54,701 nt of DNA. Source: an uncultured Eubacteriales bacterium. Its GTDB lineage: Bacteria; Bacillota; Clostridia; Oscillospirales; CAG-382. The position numbers and the translations under genes were made by a program. Shown piece after piece: positions 26,959 through 36,355 of this stretch (position 1 is the stretch's first letter; each line of letters opens with the position of its first letter). Location: NCBI GenBank assembly GCA_934444485.1, contig CAKSCN010000002.1, positions 1-54,701 of the forward strand, in the 5' to 3' direction. The notes beneath the pieces are model-generated. The model saw nothing but the letters and a program-made list of their open reading frames with translations. It was not told the origin of the DNA and ran no database searches.

Positions 26959-28035
26959 ATGAAAAAGCTTACATCAATCATACTCACCGCACTTCTCGCA
27001 GTAGGAACATTCGCATTCACCGCCTGCAACGGCACGACAAACACCGACACCCCCGACAATCCCGACGACACGAAGGTCGAGACTCCGACCGATGACAAGA
27101 CGGACGACAAGACAGACGACGAGACTCCGACCGACGATAAGACCGACGACAAGGTATTCGTGATAGGCATAAGCCAGTTCGGCGAACACGGTTCACTCGA
27201 CAATTGCCGCGAGGGCTTCATTGAAGGTCTCAAGGAGGAGGGCTTCGAGGACGGCAAGAACATCAAGATCGACTACAAGAACGCAAGCTTCGATACCGGC
27301 AACTGCACCACAATCGCTCAGGGCTTTGTGTCCAACGGTGCCGACCTCATATGCGCGATAGCGACTCCCTCGGCGCAGGCGGCGTTCAATGCGGCGGTTG
27401 AGGAAGAGATTCCCGTTGTTTACACCGCAATTACCGACCCCGACGGCGCAGGACTCACAACCGGCGGCGAAGTAACCGGAACGAGCGACGCACTCCCCGT
27501 AAAGGCACAGCTTGAGCTTATCCGTGAGATGCTCCCCGACGCAAAGAAGGTCGGCATTCTCTACACCACAAGCGAACCCAACTCCCTCTACACGATTGAC
27601 ATCTACAAGGAGCTTGCTCCCGACTACGGCTTTGAAATAGTAGACAAGGGCGTTACCGCAGCAGCAGACGTTCCGCTTGCAATAGAGGCAATTCTTCCCG
27701 ACGTTGACTGCATAAGCAACCTCACGGACAACACCGTTGTAGGTCAGCTCGACATTATGCTCGACAAAGCGTTTGAAGCGGGCAAGCCGATATTCGGAAG
27801 CGAAATTGAGCAGGTAAAGAAGGGCTGTGTAGCCGCAGAAGGTCTTGAGTACTACAACCTCGGCATCCAGACAGGCAAGATGGCGGCAAAAATTCTCAAG
27901 GGTGAAGCAAAGGCATCCGAAATGCCCTTCGAGACCGTTACCGACAATTACCTCTACGTAAACAAGGTGTCCGCTGACGAGCTCGGCATCACTCTCACAG
28001 ACAAGGTAAACGAGAGAGCAAACTTCGTCGGCTGA
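26959..28035 (+). CDS. ABC transporter substrate-binding lipoprotein (ABC_sub_bind / TrpX-like family)
   Basis: Lipobox AFTAC, a TDDK-rich linker, then VIGISQFGEHGSLD...ICAIATPSAQAA...VVYTAITDP, typical of this SBP family. Confidence 0.8.
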   Translation: MKKLTSIILTALLAVGTFAFTACNGTTNTDTPDNPDDTKVETPTDDKTDDKTDDETPTDDKTDDKVFVIGISQFGEHGSLDNCREGFIEGLKEEGFEDGKNIKIDYKNASFDTGNCTTIAQGFVSNGADLICAIATPSAQAAFNAAVEEEIPVVYTAITDPDGAGLTTGGEVTGTSDALPVKAQLELIREMLPDAKKVGILYTTSEPNSLYTIDIYKELAPDYGFEIVDKGVTAAADVPLAIEAILPDVDCISNLTDNTVVGQLDIMLDKAFEAGKPIFGSEIEQVKKGCVAAEGLEYYNLGIQTGKMAAKILKGEAKASEMPFETVTDNYLYVNKVSADELGITLTDKVNERANFVG

Positions 28036-28160
28036 GCAGCTTCGGAAACCGGATTGTTTTAAGTTATGGGTCAAGTCTTTTCGGAGGCTTGACCTAAATT
28101 GAAGAAAAAGACCGCATTATTTGACGTTCACCGCAAAATAACGATGTCAGGAGATATAAC

Positions 28161-29105
28161 ATGAGCTTGGGACTTATCATCAGCTCCGTCGAGCTTGGCG
28201 GCGTCTATGCCGTGATGGCACTCGGAATATACATAACCTACAAAATCCTCGATTTCCCGGATCTCACGGTTGACGGAAGCTTTCCCCTCGGAAGTGCGAT
28301 AGCCGCCGCAATGCTTACACGAGGCTGCAACGTATTCGTCACGATGGCTGCGGCTGCGGCGGCAGGTGTTGTTGCCGGGCTTCTCACGGGAGTCGTACAC
28401 GTGAAATTCAAGGTGAGGGATCTTCTCTCGGGTATCATTCTCATGACTGCGCTTTACTCGGTGAACAGCATGATTTCCTCCGGCAAGGCGAATGTCAACC
28501 TCACACGAGACAAGGTGACTATTTTCTCAAACAACGTTGTGACCTCGCTTTTCGGCGGCAAGAACGACGTCTCCGCACCTCTTTACTTCCTGCGTGACTA
28601 CAGAAAGATTCTCATTCTCGCGGTTATCCTCATTGTGCTGAAAATCGCTCTCGACTTCTTCATGAGTTCAAAGAGAGGGTATTTACTCCGTGCCATGGGC
28701 GACAATCCCAGAGTCGTTGCGACGCTCGCCAAAAACGGCGGCAACATCAAGATAATGGGACTTATGATAGCGAACGGTTTTGTCGCTCTTTCGGGTGCGC
28801 TTTACTGTCAGTACATAAGCGCATTCAACCTCACCGACGGCACGGGCAAGATGGTTATAGGTCTTGCGTCGGTAATAATCGGCGTCAACATCTTCGGCAG
28901 ACTCAAGTTTCTGAAGAGTACGACTGCGGTTATAATCGGAAGCGTTGTATACACGGCGTGCGTTTCGATTGCGCTCAACCGCTTCGACGCAAGCGTTAAG
29001 AACCTTGTCACGGCGGTGCTGTTCTTCGTGGTACTCGTTCTCGGTCAGCTTGAGATAAAGAGGAAGAAAAAGAAGAATGCCGTTTCGGAAGGAGAAGTTC
29101 GATGA
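28161..29105 (+). CDS. ABC transporter permease (TrpY-like)
   Basis: Polytopic hydrophobic protein of 314 aa, next to the SBP and overlapping the ATPase gene. Confidence 0.8.
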   Translation: MSLGLIISSVELGGVYAVMALGIYITYKILDFPDLTVDGSFPLGSAIAAAMLTRGCNVFVTMAAAAAAGVVAGLLTGVVHVKFKVRDLLSGIILMTALYSVNSMISSGKANVNLTRDKVTIFSNNVVTSLFGGKNDVSAPLYFLRDYRKILILAVILIVLKIALDFFMSSKRGYLLRAMGDNPRVVATLAKNGGNIKIMGLMIANGFVALSGALYCQYISAFNLTDGTGKMVIGLASVIIGVNIFGRLKFLKSTTAVIIGSVVYTACVSIALNRFDASVKNLVTAVLFFVVLVLGQLEIKRKKKKNAVSEGEVR

Positions 29106-29875
29106 TAGAGCTCAAAGGTATATGTAAAAAATTCAACGCAGGCACGGTCAACGAATCGACTCTCTTCGACGGTTTTTCGTTCAAGGTAAATCCCGGTGAC
29201 TTCGTATCGGTTGTCGGAAGCAACGGAAGCGGTAAGACAACGATGTTAAACCTCATCTGCGGCACTCTCGCACCTGACAGCGGCAAGGTGATAATCGGCG
29301 GCGTCGATATGACGGGAAAGCCTGACTACGTTCGCTACAAAAAGATAGGAAGAGTATATCAGGATCCGTCGTTCGGAACCTGTGCGGAGATGACGGTTTT
29401 CGAGAATATGTCGCTTGCGGACAACAAGGGAAAGTCTTTCGGACTCACACCCGGACTCAACAAGAAGAGGTACGAGGAATACCGCAATATGCTCTCCGAC
29501 CTCGGACTCGGACTTGAGGACAAAATGCACGTCAAGGTCGGCTGTCTTTCGGGCGGTCAGAGGCAGGCTATGTCGCTTCTTATGTCGGTTATGACGCCGG
29601 TTGACTGTCTCATTCTCGACGAACACACCGCCGCTCTTGACCCCAAGACCTCCGAGGTAATAATGCACATTACCGACAAGATAATAAAGGAAAGAAAGCT
29701 CACGGCTCTCATGGTAACTCACAATCTGCGCTTCGCCGTCGAATACGGCAACAGAATCGTCATGATGCACGAGGGCAACATTGTTCTCGAAAAGTCGGGA
29801 GACGAGAAGCATGAGACGAAAACGGAGGATCTCATGGCGATATTCAACAAGATAAGCGTTGAGTGCGGAAACTGA
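29102..29875 (+). CDS. ABC transporter ATP-binding protein (TrpZ-like)
   Basis: Walker A GSNGSGKTT, signature LSGGQRQ, Walker B LILDEHTAALD. Confidence 0.9.
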   Translation: MIELKGICKKFNAGTVNESTLFDGFSFKVNPGDFVSVVGSNGSGKTTMLNLICGTLAPDSGKVIIGGVDMTGKPDYVRYKKIGRVYQDPSFGTCAEMTVFENMSLADNKGKSFGLTPGLNKKRYEEYRNMLSDLGLGLEDKMHVKVGCLSGGQRQAMSLLMSVMTPVDCLILDEHTAALDPKTSEVIMHITDKIIKERKLTALMVTHNLRFAVEYGNRIVMMHEGNIVLEKSGDEKHETKTEDLMAIFNKISVECGN

Positions 29876-30858
29876 GTATTTGCGTCGGAAAAACTGCGGA
29901 AAGGAATGATTTACCTCTGTCTCTCGAACTTCTTGATTACACCGCCTCGGCGATACTGCCGGTGTTCTTCGTAATATTTATAGGCGTACTTTTGAATAAA
30001 CTCGGATTTTTCTCGCAGAAGACCAAGGATGAGATAGTGAAGCTTGTGTTTTACGTCGGAACGCCGTGTCTTATATTTAAAAACACGTCGTCTGCGGACT
30101 TTCATGCGATTTTCGACGCTCGCTTTATCGGATTTACTCTTGCGCTGATTGCGGCGCTGATTGTGCTGTCGATTGCGCTCTGCTTTTTCATAAAGGATCC
30201 GAGGAAGAAGGCGTCGGTTGTACAGACTGCGTACCGGTCGAATTTTGCGATTGCCGGAATGCCGATTGCGATGAACCTCATGAACGAGGACGGAGTTGCG
30301 CTGACGGCGATAACGCTTTCGTTTGTGGTATTGTTTTACAACGTTACGGCGGTTACTCTCCTTTCGTACTACTGCGGAAAGAGCAAGAGTCCGAAGTCGG
30401 TGGCACTCGGGATAGTGAAGAATCCGCTCATAATAGCGACGTTTCTCGGACTTATATTCTCCGTGTTTGCGATACCGCTTCCGAAAGCCGTGGTGTCAAC
30501 TGTAGGTTATCTCGGAGATATCGCTTCGAGCATGGGACTTCTGACGATAGGAGCGACGATAACGCTCTCGGGCTTCAAAAACGACAGGGGACTTATCCTT
30601 TACAGCGTATTTTTACGCAACGTATTTGCGCCTGTATTTATACTCGTGACGGCGTACCTTTTCGGCGTGCGGGGCGACAATCTTCTCGTTCTTGCGGTTA
30701 TGTCCTCGACTCCTGCCGCCGTGAACTGTTTTGCGATGTCGAAGCAGATGGGCGCTGACGCCGAAATCTCGGCATACGGCGTTTCTCTCACAAGTATTGC
30801 AAGTATCGTGAGCGTCTTCCTCGCCGTCTACCTCGTGAAAGCTCTCGGCTTGGCGTAA
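29863..30858 (+). CDS. AEC (auxin efflux carrier) family transporter
   Basis: ILPVFFVIFIGVLLNKLGFF...VFYVGTPCLIF with about 10 TM segments. GTG start overlapping the ATPase gene; the exact start is uncertain. Confidence 0.7.
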   Translation: MRKLSICVGKTAERNDLPLSLELLDYTASAILPVFFVIFIGVLLNKLGFFSQKTKDEIVKLVFYVGTPCLIFKNTSSADFHAIFDARFIGFTLALIAALIVLSIALCFFIKDPRKKASVVQTAYRSNFAIAGMPIAMNLMNEDGVALTAITLSFVVLFYNVTAVTLLSYYCGKSKSPKSVALGIVKNPLIIATFLGLIFSVFAIPLPKAVVSTVGYLGDIASSMGLLTIGATITLSGFKNDRGLILYSVFLRNVFAPVFILVTAYLFGVRGDNLLVLAVMSSTPAAVNCFAMSKQMGADAEISAYGVSLTSIASIVSVFLAVYLVKALGLA

Positions 30859-31745
30859 GGGCGCAGGGCTTACGGGGGCTTACGGGGGCGTTCTTTCTTA
30901 AAAGAAAGAACCAAAGAACTTTAAGGAGCAAAGCTGGCGCTTTGCAGGGACGGATTATATTGTAATTTGAAGGCACTGCCGAAGTCGGCGTCCATATACG
31001 CAAGCCGCCGACTTAGATGAGGTAAGACACATCTTATCCGAGATAGTACGAAAGTCGGTGGCGCATATATGCGCATCATATGCGCAAGTGACCGACTTAG
31101 ATTTTTGTAGCATCAGATTTTGTGGGGAATGTAATTCGGGGAAACACCGTTCGCAATGAAACGCCTCGCACAGCTCGACAATTTCATTTTTGCGAAGATG
31201 AGGCTCTTGGCGTGTGCGTGAATTGTGGTTGGCACTTTCTTTGTGGGAAATTCGGTAAAAATGTAGCTCTTTGGCGTGTACGCAGCTCGAAGTTCACATT
31301 CTCTCCTTGGTGTATTGGAGGCGGCAAAGCCGCCAGAGAAATTGCGAAGCAATTTACTCTCGAGTTGACCGTGTCAACTCCGGAGGCATCCTCTTGTGCA
31401 ACCGGTTGCAAGGCAACCTCTGGAGCTGTCAGCGAAGCTGACTGAGGGACTGTCGGATAAGCACTCTCTCCATGGGGAATTTCGGGGAAAATGTAGCACT
31501 TTGACGTGTACATAGCTCGAGATTCGCATTCTCTCCATGGTATACCGTAGGGACACACAGGATGCGAAGCATCTGCGTAGATTGCTCCGTCCGCAAAAAC
31601 CCAACGTAAGATTATGTATACCTCTTCGTAGAACCGCAACAATCGGCAAGCACCGTACAAACGATAAAGAAAAACGGCTTTCGCCGTTTTTCTGCATCAA
31701 TTCTCAATTGCACATCAGTCTTCGGTTTACTCGTAATTGAAGCCG
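30859..31745. repeat. Modular repeat locus L3 (887 nt without a credible ORF)
   Basis: A chain of mini-hairpins: TTCTTTCTT/AAGAAAGAA, GCAAAGC-TGGC-GCTTTGC, GGCGGC-AAA-GCCGCC, AAATTGC-GAA-GCAATTT, GAGTTGAC-CGT-GTCAACTC, TTGCAACC/GGTTGCAA, GTCAGC-GAA-GCTGAC, GGATGC-GAA-GCATCT and GAAAAACGGC-TTTC-GCCGTTTTTC. There is also a 66-nt direct repeat, 31245-31310 / 31475-31540. Confidence 0.85.
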
Positions 31746-31760
31746 TAACCGATGAACTTA

Positions 31761-33332
31761 TTAGTTTATGATTATGATTGAGGCTGTTTGCTTGTAGTTG
31801 TTGGCAATGTTCCAGTTCATGAGCACCGAAACACAGTCCATTCCGAACACGGCATTAACGAAGTCTGCCGCAACGTAGGTTGTGCCGTTCTTCACGAAAG
31901 GCGCATTGATAAACTCAACCTTTTCTCCGTTCACCGTTGCGACAGTCTTGCCGATATCGAATTCAAGAGTTTCAAACGGAACGTTGTCAAGAATCTTTAC
32001 GGTGACATGACCGTTATCGTAAGCAATTTCGAGATTATCCTCGCCGAATACCTCTGTAAACACTTCACGCATACTGAAGTATACGTTCTGCTCTACGGCA
32101 TTGTAGACAACATTGTCGGTGTCAAGCCTGTGGTAGCCAAGGAAAGGATAGTCGAAGGCACCGCCGTCATCGGGTACGGGAACCGGGGCTGCGAGGATTT
32201 TGTCAACGAAGCTTACGCTGTTTGCTTCGGTAAGCTCGGGGTATTCGACGACAACATCGCCGCCGACGTTTGTGTAGGCGTCCGTGCTGATTACGTCGAA
32301 GGAGACGTCGGAGTTTTCACGTGTGAGCCACTCGGGCATGACGTAGGAAAGAAGCTCTTCGTTTGCTCCCTCGGGCATAACGAGCTTTGCGACGAGGTCG
32401 TATATGTTGAAGTCAACGTCGATCAGCGTCTCGGAGGAAGCAATCGAACCGCCTGCGCCGAGGGTGTACTTCATTGTGAGTCCGTCCTTACCGAAAATTC
32501 CGGCGGTTTCGATGAAAGTGGAGATTTGAGAAGCGACGTCGCCAAATTCGGCGAGTGTTTCTTCATCGTAAACTCCGCCGCCGACGGTTTTGAGAACATC
32601 AATGTATATGTCGGCAATGCCCTTTACGTAGTTTGCAAGACCTTCGTTGTCGAGAGTTACCGTGACGGAGGTTATTCTCTTTGTGATGTTTGCGTTCTCG
32701 TAGAGAAGATTTATGATTTTGTCGGTGAGACCGTTTATATACTCACTGTCGAATATCTTTTCAACGCCGCTGACAGCATCGGTAATGAGCTTATTCGACT
32801 CGGGAGCCTCGGAGGTTGCCGCAAGCGCCTCTTTAAGGTCGATGTAGAAGTACTTTCTGAAAATCGGGTAGTCGTATATGACGCACATATCGGGGTTTTC
32901 GGCGTCGGTAAAGTCGTACCTTATCCACATATTCGCCTTGATGTCTGCGGTGAGCTTGAGGTTCTTGTAAAGCTCTGCCGGGAGGTTTACCTTAAAGCCT
33001 GCGTATATGTCGGCTTTCTTCATGTCGGGCGATACCGAAACCTTCGAGTCCGCATCGACTCTGAAATTGAAGAGCGACTCCGAGAGAAGCTTGTAATCGG
33101 GATTTACAACCGAAGTGCCGAAAGTGTCGTTTTCGTCGGTGTAGCGCTGGTAGTCCGCAAGGAACGTGAGCGGCTTGTTGAGCTTGAGGGTGAAAGTTGA
33201 GGTCTGCTCATAGCTCAACATGGGATCCCTGAGGAAACGAAGCGCATCCTCTGTGGCTGCCGCAAATACGGAAAGCGACATTACTGCGGCGAGAATAATG
33301 CTTACGACGCTGAGGCGTACCGTTTTTTTCAT
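31761..33332 (-). CDS. Secreted protein of unknown function with a C-terminal copper-amine-oxidase-like (stalk) domain
   Basis: Start moved to the ATG at 33332 (MKKTVRLSVVSIILAAVMSLSVFAA, RBS AAAGGAGA). C-terminus VATVNGEKVEFINAPFVKNGTTYVAADFVNAVFG. Confidence 0.7.
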   Translation of the reverse strand: MKKTVRLSVVSIILAAVMSLSVFAAATEDALRFLRDPMLSYEQTSTFTLKLNKPLTFLADYQRYTDENDTFGTSVVNPDYKLLSESLFNFRVDADSKVSVSPDMKKADIYAGFKVNLPAELYKNLKLTADIKANMWIRYDFTDAENPDMCVIYDYPIFRKYFYIDLKEALAATSEAPESNKLITDAVSGVEKIFDSEYINGLTDKIINLLYENANITKRITSVTVTLDNEGLANYVKGIADIYIDVLKTVGGGVYDEETLAEFGDVASQISTFIETAGIFGKDGLTMKYTLGAGGSIASSETLIDVDFNIYDLVAKLVMPEGANEELLSYVMPEWLTRENSDVSFDVISTDAYTNVGGDVVVEYPELTEANSVSFVDKILAAPVPVPDDGGAFDYPFLGYHRLDTDNVVYNAVEQNVYFSMREVFTEVFGEDNLEIAYDNGHVTVKILDNVPFETLEFDIGKTVATVNGEKVEFINAPFVKNGTTYVAADFVNAVFGMDCVSVLMNWNIANNYKQTASIIIIN

Positions 33333-33562
33333 GGTGTTGTCTCCTTTATTGTTATATTTCGGGCGTTTTGTACCCACATCTTAATTTTATCACCTATATG
33401 TTTCCGCATAGTGGATATTATATTAAAAAATGCTAAAATCACGAGCCGCCGCAACGCAAAAAGTTTTTGATTTTGTGCAACTAATTGACGTTCTCATTTG
33501 TTTTGTAGGTGAGGACCTCAAAACGGAAAAACACCAAAACAAAAGTAAAGGAGTAATGAGTT

Positions 33563-34042
33563 ATGAAAAAGACAATGTGTATGCTTATCGCCTGCGGTAT
33601 TCTCGCCGCAAATGCCGGAATGGCGGCTCTTGCAGAAACGGAACCCATGGTCATCGCACCTGCACCCGAAACCTCAGAAGCGCTTGAAATCGCCCCCACA
33701 CCCTATGCCGATTCTTACTCGGTTGTTGTCGGTGGCGAAACCCTTGACCTCGGCGAAAATGCGGTTTACGTATCCGACGGACACCTCATGATTCCGCTCC
33801 GTGCCGTTGCCGAAAAGCTCGGCTTCGCCGTGACATGGGACGCCGAATACAGAGGCATTGCCCTTGACAACGGAACGGTAAACTCCAAAATTGCCGTCGG
33901 TGAGGACAGCTACTTTGCCGCTTCGTCCTTTGCGATAGGAATGAGCACACTCCGACCGTTTCCCGCAACGCAAAAATCCGCTCTTTCCGCAGCGTTATCG
34001 GAATCGCAGCCTGCTTTGCGGTTGTGTCGGCGGTGCTTCTGA
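33563..34042 (+). CDS. Secreted copper-amine-oxidase-like domain protein, probably C-terminally disrupted
   Basis: Signal peptide plus VYVSDGHLMIPLRAVAEKLGFAVTWDAEYRGIALDNG. The last ~30 codons look out of frame (TLRPFPATQKSALSAALSESQPALRLCRRCF). Confidence 0.5.
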   Translation: MKKTMCMLIACGILAANAGMAALAETEPMVIAPAPETSEALEIAPTPYADSYSVVVGGETLDLGENAVYVSDGHLMIPLRAVAEKLGFAVTWDAEYRGIALDNGTVNSKIAVGEDSYFAASSFAIGMSTLRPFPATQKSALSAALSESQPALRLCRRCF

Positions 34043-34515
34043 CAGTACACTTCAATTCATCGACAGACCCCGTGACGCCTCCCGACGTTGTGAACGATCC
34101 TCCCGTGCTTGCGGTGAACCCGTTCGAGGAAATGACGTCTCTCGAAGAGGCGGGCGAAAAGGTCGGATATGAGGTGATGTCGCCGTCATACCTTCCCGAC
34201 GGTTACGAAACAGACTGCATATCCCTCATCTTCGGCGAGCTTGTCGAGGTGACGTACAAAAACTCCGACGGCGGCGAGATAACCTACCGCACGCAAAAGA
34301 CAGAGAGCGACGTGAGCGGCGACTACAACAGCTACGAAAGCACCGAGAGCGCAGAGCTTGAGTTCGACGGCGGCAAGGTCACGGCGGAGCTGAAATCCGA
34401 CGGCGGAAAGTACCGTCTCTGCACCTGGAAAAGCGGAGAGTCGTCGTTCTCGCTCTCATCTTCCGACGGACTCGGTAAAGACGAGCTTTCAAAAATCGTC
34501 GGAGGTATAAAGTAA
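34024..34515 (+). CDS. DUF4367-like extracytoplasmic domain protein, probably N-terminally truncated
   Basis: LPDGYETDCISLIFGELVEVTYKNSDGGEITYRTQK resembles DUF4367. This frame is open from 33904 and encodes a TM helix, IGIAACFAVVSAVLLTV, just upstream of the annotated GTG. Confidence 0.45.
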   Translation: MSAVLLTVHFNSSTDPVTPPDVVNDPPVLAVNPFEEMTSLEEAGEKVGYEVMSPSYLPDGYETDCISLIFGELVEVTYKNSDGGEITYRTQKTESDVSGDYNSYESTESAELEFDGGKVTAELKSDGGKYRLCTWKSGESSFSLSSSDGLGKDELSKIVGGIK

Positions 34516-34615
34516 AAAAACGGTGCGGAAAGCGCAATGATATATTACCGGACAATTTCCTTTTCACAACATAAAGCGTGTCACAGACTATGGTTTTGCG
34601 GCACGCTCTTTTTAT

Positions 34616-35566
34616 TTACGCCGCTCCGACGACAAACGCCGTATATACCGCATAAGACAAAAGCAAGAGAACGCCGAGAAGTTTCGACGCCTTTTCACGC
34701 ACAAGCATCGGAACAAGAGCGAGGCATACCGTCGCAATGCAAACGGGAATATCGAAGAAAATGCTTCCCTGCAAAACGGGAATGCGCTCGCCCGAGACAA
34801 GGGAGCAGACCGGGAGAATGAGTGCGGTGTCTATTACGTTTGCGCCGACGATGTTGCCGACCGACAGTGCGTACTCCTTTTTTGCAATCGCCGTGAGAGT
34901 GGTGACAAGCTCCGGGAGAGATGTGCCGACGGCAACAAGAGTGAGCGATATAATTCTTTCGGAGACTCCGAACAAGAGCGCAATTTCGCTTCCGTATTCA
35001 ACCATGAACCGACTGCCGACCACAATGCCGACAGCTCCCGAGAGAAAGTAAAGAATGTCCCTTGACGAGAGCACGGAGCGTTCTTCGGTGCCGCCCTCAC
35101 ATTCTGCGGCACGTTTGGCACTGCGTATGTTTTCCGCCATAAAAAGCGCAAATATCGCCGCAAGAACGACGCTTCCTACGGCGCTCAGCGTCCCCGAGAG
35201 GGAGGAGAAAAAAAGCACGACCGTCGCCGCAATGAGAAGCACGCACTGCCGCATATACTTTTTTCTCGGACAGTTAACTCTCATCGCCGTCATCGCAATA
35301 CCGAGGATAAGTCCCGTGTTGCACGTCACCGACCCAACGGCGTTGCCTATCGCCATGTCGTTTTTTCCCCCGAGAGCCGCCATTACCGACACGATCATTT
35401 CCGGCATCGTCGTTGCAAGGCTAACGACCGTCGCACCTATGATAAACGACGGAATCCTCATCGCTCTCGCAATGCCCCCGGCACCGTCAACAAATAGGTC
35501 GCCGCCCTTTATTATGAGAATTACGCCGACGGCAAAGAAAATACAGCAAAAAAGCATACCGTTCAT
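34616..35566 (-). CDS. Ca2+/Na+ antiporter (CaCA family, YrbG-like)
   Basis: Alpha-repeat motifs GNAVGSVTCNTGLILG and GNIVGANVIDTALIL, plus GTSLPELVTT. Confidence 0.85.
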   Translation of the reverse strand: MNGMLFCCIFFAVGVILIIKGGDLFVDGAGGIARAMRIPSFIIGATVVSLATTMPEMIVSVMAALGGKNDMAIGNAVGSVTCNTGLILGIAMTAMRVNCPRKKYMRQCVLLIAATVVLFFSSLSGTLSAVGSVVLAAIFALFMAENIRSAKRAAECEGGTEERSVLSSRDILYFLSGAVGIVVGSRFMVEYGSEIALLFGVSERIISLTLVAVGTSLPELVTTLTAIAKKEYALSVGNIVGANVIDTALILPVCSLVSGERIPVLQGSIFFDIPVCIATVCLALVPMLVREKASKLLGVLLLLSYAVYTAFVVGAA

Positions 35567-35662
35567 TCTGTGTTTCGTCCTTTCACGGTGAAATACACTG
35601 TAATTCTATTCACCGCACGGAGAAAACAGACCTCGCACCGAGGAATACTTTTTGCAAGCTCT

Positions 35663-36355
35663 CTACAGAATTATTACCTCGTCGGCGTCGTCTGCGGTGC
35701 AGAGAGTGAAGGTCGCTTTTTTGTGGAGCTTTGCCGACGTGAAGAGAAACACCTTCCTCTCACAGTTCGGGAGAACCGCACGGCGCACCGAGTTTTGAGC
35801 TTCGTCGCTGTCGCTTATGATGCCGTCGTCGGAAAGCGCCGAGGTCGAGAAAAAGCCGACGTCGATGTTTATTTTGCGCAGATATTCCTCGGCGTCCGAG
35901 CCTATCGTGCATTTGTCTCGGGGGAAGTACCTGCCGCCGGCGATAAGGCAGGGGATATCGTGCTTCGCCGCCTCTGCGAGACACTGCACCGAGTTTGTGA
36001 CGACGGTTATTCCCTCGCAGTCCGCAAGAAGCGGAATTATATACTCGCAGGTTGAGGAGCTGTCTATGAACACCGTCTCGAAGTCGTGCAGATACTTCTT
36101 CGTTTTCTCCGAGAGACTGCGTTTTTCTTCTGCGCTGAGAAGAAGCCTCGACTCAATCGGCATTGCAAGGTAGTCGCTGCTGTATACCGCTCCGCCGTTG
36201 TAGCGTTTGAGGCAGCTGCCGTTTTCGAGTTCACGCAAATCACGCCTTATCGTCATCTCGCTGACGTAAAACTTCGCCGCAAGCTTTTTGACCGACGCTC
36301 TGCCGACCTCTTTTAAGTACGCAAGTATCTGTATCTGTCTGTCGTTCGGTATCAT
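35663..36355 (-). CDS. DeoR family transcriptional regulator
   Basis: N-terminal HTH RQIQILAYLKEVGRASVKKLAAKFYVSEMTIRRDLRELE plus a DeoR C-terminal sensor-like domain. It overlaps the upstream AraC gene by 4 nt. Confidence 0.85.
   Translation of the reverse strand: MIPNDRQIQILAYLKEVGRASVKKLAAKFYVSEMTIRRDLRELENGSCLKRYNGGAVYSSDYLAMPIESRLLLSAEEKRSLSEKTKKYLHDFETVFIDSSSTCEYIIPLLADCEGITVVTNSVQCLAEAAKHDIPCLIAGGRYFPRDKCTIGSDAEEYLRKINIDVGFFSTSALSDDGIISDSDEAQNSVRRAVLPNCERKVFLFTSAKLHKKATFTLCTADDADEVIIL

Noticed and set aside
27040-27153. Repetitive GACGACAAGAC-type DNA.
   Set aside because: It lies in frame inside the SBP gene and encodes a low-complexity TDDKTDDK linker after the lipobox. It is not an independent repeat element.
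28069-28094. The hairpin GGTCAAG-N12-CTTGACC between the SBP and permease genes as a terminator.
   Set aside because: No U-run follows it. It is more likely an intra-operon stabilising or attenuating stem of the kind often found after SBP genes. It is not strong enough to call.
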